64,000 nt of DNA, taken from the NCBI GenBank assembly GCA_976226885.1, contig OZ320318.1:60884001-60948000 (forward strand), read 5' to 3'. This document shows, piece by piece, positions 35,924 to 46,500 of this stretch. Within the stretch, counting starts at the first letter, position 1, and every line of letters begins with the position of its first letter. Origin of the DNA: Iphione sp. A-MEVVRFRX5. Taxonomy: Eukaryota. A program made the translations under genes and the position numbers. The notes below the pieces were generated by a model. The model saw only the letters and a list, made by a program, of their open reading frames with translations. It made no database searches and had not been told where the DNA came from.

Positions 35924-36575
35924 GGCCGGCTTTCCATGTATCCGGAGAATTTTACGCACAGCGTAGTTCATGCGGAAATTCGGCCGATTTCCGCACCCCT
36001 ACGCACAGGTGCTTTCCATGTGTGCGTGCGTGCGTGCATGCATGCGTGCGTGTGTGCATGCATGCCATTATCTCAGACAACAGAGAGAGGGGTATCAGTT
36101 GAAATTGTGAAGTTTTTTTTGTGAATATTGAAGCATATTTGTGGAAATTGTGCAGTTTTTCATGGAGTTTGAAGCATATCGGTGGAAATTGTGCGTTTTT
36201 TCATGGAGTTTGAAGCATATCGGTGGAAATTGTGCAGTTTTTCATGGAGTTTGAAGCATATCAGTGGAAATTGTGCAGTTTTTATCCAAATGATATGCAA
36301 ATTAGAAAATAATTCACAACATCTATCAAGTGATAGACAATGTCTATCATGCTGAAAAGGCTCATCTCTCTATTCTACTTGCCTCTGTAGGCATCCGTGC
36401 TATGGAATCCGGAGAAATTTACGGCCCAGGTTCGTTTTTCACCTCCGGACCCGGACTATGGACCCACGGACCCGGATGCATGGAAACAATCATGTAAAAC
36501 ATCATAGAATCGTTTTTTTCCGGACCTACGTATGCGTGGTCCGGAAAGTATTTCCGTGTGCATGGAAAGCCAGCC
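35924..36575. mobile_element. PIF/Harbinger-like MITE
   Basis: TIR ggccggctttccatg / catggaaagccagcc (14/15), TTA target duplication on both sides, internal 41-bp tandem repeats. Confidence 0.85.
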
Positions 36576-36784
36576 TTAATCACCTTTATAGGAGATTTTT
36601 ACATGATGCTAAAGATAAATTAAAGAAAAACATTATATATATATATTAACTCCAAGCAACATCATGCCCACTTTGGTAACCACTTAGCAGTCTGGTTGAA
36701 CATCTCTCTCAAATGGAGGGACTGATATGGGGGGAATTATGGCACCCACCCTCCAGTGTCTTCTACCAACTAAAATGTTACTTT

Positions 36785-37096
36785 ACGCACAAGATATACC
36801 ATATTTAATTTTAAAGCACGGCAGCCATCTTTTTTCTTCTTTGAGCCTATATGACGAACCGTGGGTGTATTTCACATAATGCACGGGACCATGGGGTCCT
36901 GTCACGCATCCCCAAACTGTGAATACACTCGTTATGCACCTATGACGCACAGCGTGGTTGGGGATGATTGGGTTTGGCAATTCAGGTGGTAGTGGCCGAT
37001 TTTACATAGCCTCTGCCGCTTGGGGAATCGAACCCACTTCATACACATGACTCTCAGCTTGCTCAGCACCTTAACCCACTGGGCCACAGAGACCCC
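36785..37096 (-). mobile_element. tRNA-derived SINE
   Basis: The minus strand starts ggggtctctgTGGCCCAGTGGgttaagg (A box)...GGGTTCGATTCCC (B box), followed by a ~230-bp non-tRNA body; no complete cloverleaf or acceptor stem. Confidence 0.75.
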
Positions 37097-37109
37097 AGCA
37101 TAAGAGAGG

Positions 37110-38070
37110 GACAGAGACCTGTCTGTTACCTGTTGTGTGTCCCCTCTAATCTTCTGTAGCGGTGTCTGTTGGATGTTGTGTGTCCCCTGTAATGCTCTGT
37201 AGAGGTGTCTGTTACCTATTGTGTGTCCCCTGTAATGCTCTGTAGAGGTGTCTGTTACCTATTGTGTGTCCCCTGTAATGCTCTGTAGAGGTGTCTGTGA
37301 CCTGTTTTGTGGCCCCTGTAATGCTCTGTAGAGGTGTCTGTTGAATGTTTTGTGTCCCCTCTAATCTTCTGTAGTGGTGTCTGTTGGATGTTGTTTGTCC
37401 CCTGTAATGCTCTGTAGAGTTGTCTGTGACCTGTTGTGTGTTTCCTGTAATGCTCTGTAGAGGTGTCTGTTGGATGTTGTTTGTCCCCTGTAATGCTCTG
37501 TAGAGTTGTCTGTGACCTGTTGTGTGTTTCCTGTAATGCTCTGTAGAGGTGTCTGTTGGATGTTGTGCATCCCCTGTAATGCTCTGTAGAGGTGTCTGTT
37601 GGCTGTTGTGTGTTCTCTGTAATGCTTTGTAGAGGTGTCTGTGACCTGTTATGTGTCTCCTGTAATGCTCTGGAGAGATGTCTGGTACCGGTTGTGTGTC
37701 CCCTGTAATGCTCTGTAGAGGTGTCTGTTGAATGTTTTGTGTCCCCTGTAACATTCTGTAGTGGTGTCTGTTGGATGTTGTGTGTCCCCTGTAATGCTCT
37801 GTAGAGCTGTTTGTGACTTGTTGTGTGTTTCCTGTAATGCTCTGTAGTGGTGTCTGTTGGATGTTGTGTATCCCCTGTAATGCTCTGTAGAGGCATCTGT
37901 TGGATGTTGTATGTCCCCTGTAACTCTCTAAAGAGGCACATGTTACCTGCTGTGTGTCCCCTGTAATGCTCTGTAGAGGTGTCTGTTACCTGTTGTGAGT
38001 CCCCTGCAATGCTCTGTAGAGGTGTCTGTGACCTGTTGTGTGTTTCCTGTAATGCTCTGTATAGGTGTCT
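37110..38070. repeat. 43-bp minisatellite, about 22 copies
   Basis: Unit cccctgtaatgctctgtagaggtgtctgttggatgttgtgtgt (starts at 37141, 37184...). It produces the repetitive minus-strand ORFs with a 43-aa period. Confidence 0.95.
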
Positions 38071-38116
38071 GGGCATCAAGGGAAGGGGGCTTGGCGTCAG
38101 GGGAGGGGGCCTTGCT

Positions 38117-38260
38117 TTAAGTGAGATACATAAGCTCGTGTGTGGCTGTTTGCGAAATAAACCCATGGGTCATTCGCCCACTCGGCTGCGCCTCGTGGGC
38201 TACTGACCCGTGGGTTTATTTCGCATACAGCCACACACTCGTTATGTATCTATCACTTAA
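38117..38260. mobile_element. 144-bp TTAA-bounded palindromic (foldback) element
   Basis: Arms ttaagtga..gatacataa..gtgtgtggctgt.tgcgaaataaaccca.gggtca and their reverse complement. The core on the minus strand reads gcccac-gaggcgcagccga-gtgggc. Confidence 0.8.
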
Positions 38261-38929
38261 CCACTGACGCCTGAAGAAACATTTGATTGAAACCATAGGA
38301 TTCTAATGACAATACATGTACATGTATATCATTGTCAAACTGGATATCACATGATATCCTGCATGAAATCACAAAGAACTGCTCGTGTATTCCTTCCTTC
38401 GACCGTTAATAATAGGCAAGGCTGACATTACAATTTTTTAGAGCTTTCGTAGTTTTTTAAAAGAATAGTTTATTTGAAGACAGAAGACACACATCAAAGA
38501 TGTGCACACATGCTCGCAGAACACAGGTATGGGTTATGGCGTTGAGATCCAATTTCAATGTACTGGATTCAGGTCAATGTTTCAGTGCGGCCTTCTGTCT
38601 ACTGATACTGTTGCTATCAACAGAAGTATTTCTGACTAGACGAATCCATAGACATGGGAAAACAAGAATGACTGCAGCGCACACAGCAAGTAGAGGTCAA
38701 ACGCCCCAGCCACCCTTCTGCTGACCTGCTGACTAAGCAGGGGGGTGGGGAGTGGCTGGGAGTGAACCTGACAGCCCCGCCACCTGGTGGCACTGGTGAG
38801 CTTTGGTTGGAAGCACCATCCCACCCTCCCCCCTGGCCTGGTGCACCAACTAAGAATGCAAGGCCAGGGTATAGAGCTGTCAATCATCTCAAAGCACCCA
38901 GTTGAGAGTTTTCTTCTACCTTTCTCTTA

Positions 38930-39090
38930 CACAGAGGTGATGTAACACACTTACATGTTTACTCAGACTTGCTCTGACTTCAAAGAGTTAGCTCTACCCA
39001 CTTTCTCATCTGCACTACCCCTTGCATTAAGTGGAGGTCATATCATCCACAACACTGATCAGCACTATAAGCAGATATGACCTCTACTGA
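38930..39090. repeat. Dispersed hairpin repeat (homologous to 6290-6440)
   Basis: gatgtaacacactt...gcattaagtggaggtcatat...atatgacctctactga. Confidence 0.7.
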
Positions 39091-40441
39091 ACATTGAACT
39101 TGTCCCATTTTTCATGGCCACATGCGAGTATATCAGGCCAGAAATACAATGAAAGAGGCATGAAATGTATGGCCAATGTAAGGACTATGTATGAACACGG
39201 TATGAGTTAGTCTGACTTTTTTGGAGACAATTGTATTTTTAAAAAAAGGACCATTTATAAGTTCTTCTAGTTTTCCAAGACATTTCGTAAAGGCACAGTT
39301 TACACAAATACTACTTGTTTTTACACTTCATACACATATGCATTTGTCATTCTGTTCACAGAAAGACTATTTTCCTAGGCCACATTTTCATGTATACACA
39401 GTCTTCATGGCTGTCATTCAGAATGTGTGGATACGGACACTCCCAGACTAGGGAACGTGATGATCTTTCCATGTAGACATATTCCATATTATAGACAGAG
39501 CAATCCTTGCGTGCAACCTTGATAACTGAAATAACCATATTATGCTTCCATTGTATGCATTTGTATCCAGGAAAAACAATGGTTGGCTGACCACCACAGG
39601 GGGGGGGGGGGCGTATCACCTTCGCTATGTTCAGACACATGAGTAGGGGCCTATAGTGACTGTCTATGTCTGGTTTTTCGTGCATGTCCCGAAGTATAAT
39701 GTTCAACAGAAATGTATACTCTACTCACTGGGCAATTTCTTGCTGAGGAAATGGTGTGTGCTAATAATACACTTTGCGGTATCTTTTATGAAGAGTCCAC
39801 ACAGGAACAACGGCAACTGAATCATCCATGTAAGCAAATCAGAAATTATCGTACACCGCATCCCTAGTACTTAATGCTTCGAAGTGAGTAAATCTAAACT
39901 CGAGTAAAAGTACGATTCGTTTCCGGCCGGCATGGATGGCTGAGTAATTAGGACGTGGTGACACACTTACAGTCCCCTCCCGAAAATAAACAGAAACATT
40001 ATTTAGTAGGTCCTTTTAAATCTGGTGTATAAATGAGGGGGGTGAAGTGATATTACAGTGAATATTTCAACTATACCAGAATCTCGTCCTCCTCCCAGAA
40101 GATCAATATATTTTTATGTTAGCAGTAAATATTTTGGCTGATCCTCAATCATTCTTTACTACAAGTGATATTACTCGCACTGGCACTGACTACGTACTTC
40201 ATACCCGTACTATAACTCTCATAATGCTGGCGGCGAACCCTGATAAAGGTAACGGGGCTATCAAAAACATTAAATGATGCATCGATCAATGAATGGTACT
40301 TACGCAACATTAAAATGCGTGTTAACAGTCAGTTACAAGATGACATTCATGCTTAATTTTCAGTACCTATTATGTAGCTGTTAACGAGGATAAATGTACA
40401 ACCCTACCTCACAGCTCTCGTCCGTGCTAATCATGAGTTCA

Positions 40442-40493
40442 ACCGGAAGTGCTCTTGTGAAAAGAGCAGACGAAATAACTGGGGTCTTCCGGT
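40442..40493. promoter_or_regulatory. SGSH proximal promoter with two oppositely oriented ETS/GABP-type sites
   Basis: accggaagtg (40442-40451) and cttccggt (40486-40493), 10-60 bp upstream of the SGSH ATG. Confidence 0.6.
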
Positions 40494-40501
40494 GAAGCGA
40501 G

Positions 40502-40595
40502 ATGAGATCGTTGGTGCTGCCAATAGTGTATTTTACAGCTTATTTGTTCGTAACACAGGGGAAAGAGAATGTTAAAAACGTGCTACTATTTGTGG
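40502..40595 (+). CDS. SGSH: SGSH exon 1 (signal peptide + KNVLLFV-A)
   Basis: ATG at 40502, donor G|gtaagt, 94 nt, phase 1. Confidence 0.9.
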
Positions 40596-43500
40596 GTAAG
40601 TAAAGTTAATCTTGTGAAAACATCTAAAAACGATTTTAGAAGTTTGTCTCCCCCTGTCAACTGGGAGTGCTGAGTTGTCAGTCTCATATCATGTTTACAC
40701 TCCCTATATAAATCTGTCTGTTTAAAACAGTGCGAGCACTGAAGGTGCTTGTTGTTTTCTGAAAGCGGGTATGGTCGATATGGGCCATGGTCAATATGAT
40801 CCAGAGGATATGATCCAACACTCTAGTTGATATGAGCCAAGCCATATGAGCAAGACCCCTCTCCAGTGAGCAGCCCTGGCACTGTCTTCAAGTTCCCACC
40901 ATCAAGCTTTTTACACTGTCTTTCTGACTTCTCTATAATCACATGGATAAAGCACTGTCAGATACTCACAGTGCAATAATAGTAACTCTTAAGTTTGATG
41001 GGCAGGTCATCACCCCAGAAAAAAAACCCAGAGATAATAACAGTGTAACTGAAGAAGAAAACACCATAGGTCTTGGTATAAGTGTATCAGAACGAAATGG
41101 GACAACATGCTAAATGATGTATACACAAATGCATTCAATGATGACCGAATGACACAATTGCATAATAATCTTGACAAACTTGGTACCGGTACAACTGGTA
41201 TTACACAGGAAGCAATTGATAGTATTATTGAGGATGTTTGCCTAATGTTCATTGAACCTGATAAAGAACTTGGTATGTGCAAGGAAGTACCTAGCAAAAA
41301 GAAAGTGTATACGAGAAACAGGTCAACAAAGGATCAACACAACAAACCCTGGTTCTCAAAATTATGTCTTAAGAAACGAGTTGAATACTTCGGAATCAAG
41401 AATAAATTTAGAAATATAAAAACAGAAGCAGCCAAATCCAAAGTTAAAGAAAAGTCAATTGAGTACAAAAAGGCCATCAGAAGAGAATATAAGAGCTATC
41501 ACAAGGCACTCCATAAGAAACTACAGGGCCTCAAATCCAGTAACCCAAGATCGAAGTATTGGAATATCTTGAATAAAGCTACCAACCATACTGAAACAGG
41601 GAGACATATATCCACACAGGTACTCATGGAACACTTTAAAAAACTAAATCAAAAACCACATACAGCAAATGAAAGCACTCCTAAAGCAAACACAAGTGTG
41701 GAAACTAATCAAACAGACAACCCTATAAATATCCCATTTACAATGACAGAAGTACAGTTCTAAATTGATCAAGAAACTGAAGAACAACAAAGCATGTGGC
41801 TCTGATCACATAATTAATGAATACCTAAAAAACTGTAACGAGAAGGTAGTGTCAGTTATTGTGAAACTGTTCAATACCATTCTGTCATTAGGAGTTGTCC
41901 CCACCAATTGGTGTATAGGCATCATCAAACCATTGTACAAGAAAAAGGGATCAATTAGTGACCCAGACAATTACTGGGGAATTACCCTTCTCAGTTGCTT
42001 AGGCAAACTATTCACAGCATGCCTAAACACTCGTTTGACCAGCTATCTTGAGGAGAACCATATATTAGGAGAGGAACAAGCTGGGTTTAGGGCAAACTAC
42101 AGCACACTAGATCACATCTTTGTCCTTCACTCACTTATAGAAATTTACTTGCACTGCAAAAAACGAATTTACTGTGCCTTTATAGACTATACAAAGGCAT
42201 TTCATCTAATCAACAGGGCATCTCTATAGACAAAGGTGATCTCTTGCGGCATACATGGAAACATCTTTAATGTCATAAAAAATATGTATGACAAAGCAAA
42301 ATCCTGTGTCAAAAATGGTAACATGGTATCAGGCATATTTGACTGCAATATTGGTGTCCGACAAGGAGAAAATCTCTCTTCTCTTCTTTTTGCCATTTAT
42401 CTAAATGACTTTAAAGATACTATCAGTGACAGCTACAAGGGACTAGAAGTTAACTTTGATAACATACACCTATTCTTAAGAATGTATGTTCTCCTCTATG
42501 CAGATGACACCATAATCATGGCAGATTCTGCCATGAAACTGCAGAGTGCCCTGAAGGCTGTAGAGGAATATTGTACCCAATGGAACCTCACTGTAAATAC
42601 TTCCAAAACTAAGATTGTAGTTTTCTGTAGGGGTAAGGTCAGGAGACATCCAGACTTTATATTTAGTAACAAAGTCCTAGAAGTGGTTGAGGAATACCTA
42701 TACTTAGGAATAACCTTTAATTATAATAGCCGATTCAACAAAGCTATAAACAAATAGGTAACACAGGCAAGGCGAGCTATGTTCAATCTCACTACTAAGG
42801 CAAGAAAGGTATGTCTCCCAATAGACATCTAAACAGAGCTTTTTGATCAACTGGTAACACCTATTCTGCTGTATGAATGCAAAATCTGGGGCTTCCAAAA
42901 CACGGATCAAATTGAGATGTTCCACAAAAAGTTTTGAAGAATTTACTAAAAATTCATAGGGGATCATCAAACTGTATGGTATATGGAGAACTTGGACGCT
43001 TCAGCCTTACTAGTCAGATTGATAAGAGAATGGTTAATTTCTGGGCCAGGATACACACAGGCAAAGAAACCAAGGCCTCATACATTCTATACCAAATGTT
43101 ATACCAACTATATGATAAAGGAGAATTCAAATCAAAGTAGATTTCTAAAATCAAATGCACACTAGACAGGTGTGGTCTATCTGCAGTCTGGTCTCAGGAA
43201 TGCAAATTTAACCCAGACTGGCTAAAACATTCCATAGACCTAAGAATCAGTGACATAGATAGCCCAAACTGGAAGAGTGAAACCCATAGAAATAAGCTAT
43301 GTACTAATTACAGAATTTTTAAGCAAAAAGTTGGCTTTGAAAACTACCTCCTTGACTTAGATGTATGTAACAGAGTTACTTTAAGCAAATTCCGTTGCTG
43401 CAACCATAACCTGCCTGTAACAAACAGTAGATTTAGTATTGAACATGCGAATCAAATCTGTAATCTCTGCACACTAAACAAGCAGGGAGACAAATTTCAC

Positions 43501-46500
43501 TATATCCTTGTATGTCCATCACTGAAGGAACACAGGACAAGATACATTAAGATATATTATAGGTGCAGACCTAATGCTATTAAAATGTCTCAACTGTTTA
43601 ACACAAAAAATGTTAAAGAATTTTGTCTCACCAAATTTATCAAAATCATCATGGCCCAATTTCCAAAGAGATACTAAACAGGTTTTTATATAGAAGTGTA
43701 TAGGTTTTATTGAAAATGAAAACATGAATAAAAATGGTGCTCTTAGTTCATATATGTCAAATATGGTGCATGCAGTCTGAAACAACAACCAATCTAGTGA
43801 TGACACCTGCTTAACATTGTAAATATGTTTTGTTTCATGTTTGTTTTTGTTTGCTCTTCATCATATACTATGTACTCTCATACCATGAAAAGGGGATCTA
43901 GAGAATAAACTCATTGTCATTATCAAAATTGGTCACCAAATGACCAGCACCTAAAGTGCACGACACCTACTGAAGCATTCCTGGCGGGACGAACCATGAC
44001 AGCACCCCAGTACCTCAGGCCTAGGCAAGATGCTTGCATCCCCAAACTGGCGGGACTATAACTTATCTGTGATGACATCATATATTATTCTGTGATATAT
44101 TTAATAACATTTTGATATTTACAATAATACACATGTATGTGGTTGCACTGTTAATTACCTTCACCTCATCAGCTCACACTTTTTATGCTCAATGTCATGG
44201 CTGTATGATGACATTGACCTATAGATTTTACTTTGCCAACTTGACTTGCAAACTTTTCAGGCCTATTTTCCATGAATTTTGCTGTTTTCCAGACATCACC
44301 TGCCACAACTACACAAAAGGTAGGGTTTCACAAATTTATTTTCTGTGGATCATATCGATTGGAACATTGGCTCATTTTGACCAAAATGGCTCATATCGAC
44401 CAGTTGCTCATTTTGACCATGGATCATATCAACGACCAATTGGAACCTGAAATACAAGGTTTAATAAAAGTCAGATCAAAGTCAATGAGGTGCCCTTTTC
44501 GCAGGGGGGGGATAGGGGCCTTTGGAGATTCCGTAAGGACATTGTGAATACTCTTCATTTTTACACCCTATACTGGGTGGCCATACTACTGCCTAGGTGG
44601 TCAGTAGCTAGGTAGTAGGGAGTACATAGTTTCAATCATAAGACCATGCACTCCCTACTGTTTAGCTACTGATTATACTTCTATCACCTCCCCACTTCCC
44701 TCCCCTGCCCTTTTTCAATTAATCAACCTCCCCTCCCACTGAATCACACCAGGAAGTCTCTCTCCCCCTCTCCTGGAGCATTATGGGAGCTCAACAAAAT
44801 AATGCAAAAAAAATCTTTTGGGTAGTTTCTGGTATAGCAGACCCCAGTGAAAACTGCCATACTGGGGACAGGAGTGTGTGTGTGTGGGGGGGGGCGTCTC
44901 CCCCCACAGTAAGTAAAGAGCTTGAAGGAATGGGGGGGAGTGGGGGTCTCCCCCCACAATAAGTCGTCCTGTATATAGGCTGTGGGGACATCTACTTGCC
45001 TAACTTTGCCAGGGTCCACTATACCAGAAGTGAGCCAATCTTTTCTCTTTTTTCAAAAAACTATTATTAGAGGATATTCCCCTGCACACATAGGCCTACC
45101 ACCACACCCTCTGAATTTCTACATGGGTCTAGAGGTTTGCTTTCACATGGAGGAAGCAGCTATAGATTTCTCAACAGTTGCTGTGAGCGGAGTGGCTACG
45201 TTGGACTAACACTAAACAAGTATGTCATTATCTAGAAGAGCAGATGCTGAACAAGATCCATGCTAGCTTATGTCCATGCTTCATTTTCTACACAAGAACT
45301 TTCCGGATGGAGCCATCAAATGAGGCAATCCAACTCTTGATGAATATATTCACCAATCACTTTTTGGCTGATAGCTCCTCCCACCCAGAAGCATCGATCC
45401 CTGACGGATGCATCCAGCATAGACAGGCTGCACGGTGCCCAGCCCTTTACAATGCTAAAATGCTTATCTTTGACTTCTTGTAACTTAGAAACTCTTTGAT
45501 GGAAAATGCCAAAGTTGGTTTGAATCATGGTTAATTCTATCTGTAATATTCACACAGAATTTTAACTCATTTAACTCAGAATTTTCTCATTGGCCTCAGT
45601 GCTAGACCGCTTTGTCTACGATTCAAATTCCCACACGTTTCCATGGGTGCTCTCTGATTGGTCAGACTCAGGTGTCACTAACAAAAAGCAATCGGTTATT
45701 ACCTATCTTCTTTGTGGCCGATCCATTCTTCTTGTCACTCAGCCCTCAAAATAGGATGGGCCTGCTGTGATCTGGAATGGGTCATTGGTTATTCCCTCGT
45801 CTTCTGCTGCCACAGATTCTGCAGAGAGGACTTGCCACAACATATACAGGGCTATGTTGACAGATGTCAGCTTACAGCTTTTAAAGCATTAACTTTCCAC
45901 AATTTTTCATTCATTTCACTGTTTCACACAGGCTTCATTAGCCACATAGATCTCATCATTCCTGATTGATCACGTACAACAGGATGTGGTGGATGGAAGT
46001 CACTCAAAATCAGCAGTCTGATTCTAGCCTGAAGAAGGGTCGAGTATAGACCCGAAAGCTCACTGACTTGTGACCTTTGAAGACAATTAAAAGCCAAGCT
46101 TTGGCATCAAACGAGTTCTGGTTTTGTTTCCAAACCAAAATCAGCAGATGTAAGATCTAGTGTGCTCCAGAGCACCATCCTTGGACTGCTATTATTCTGA
46201 TTGCACATCAACGACCTACCATGTGTCACTGACCCCAAAACATAGGTCTGCCTCTTCTCAGACGACTGCCTGAAATATAGGAACATCAGTAGCATTCAGG
46301 ACCAATTCTCTCCTCCTTTGGAGGAGAGACACAGAGCTCATACTGTCATTTAAGATGGCGCATAGTCTGGTGGCTGTCACTCCAGAAGAATGACTTAAGG
46401 ACATGTAGGACACACAAGTTCAAATTCAAAGAGAAGAGGACATGAACAGAAGAAGAAAAGTTCTCCTTTGTCCACCTTACCATCACTGAGTAGAATAAGC

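Noticed and set aside
37020-37096. Possible tRNA gene
   Set aside because: A and B boxes are present, but there is no consistent cloverleaf and a long non-tRNA body follows; called as a SINE.
37100-38070. Regular repeat array resembling CRISPR
   Set aside because: Units are contiguous with no unique spacers, the context is eukaryotic, and there are no cas genes.
37212-38166. 303-aa and 180-aa minus-strand ORFs with HYRG/TPLQSITG repeats
   Set aside because: By-product of a 43-bp minisatellite: three units give a 43-aa period and every frame cycles through the same peptide. No splice or domain support.
38271-38295. CTGAAGA...GAAAC hammerhead-like string
   Set aside because: No base-paired stem II between the core halves.
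39356-39706. 116-aa minus-strand ORF between the genes
   Set aside because: No domain recognised and no convincing splice context.
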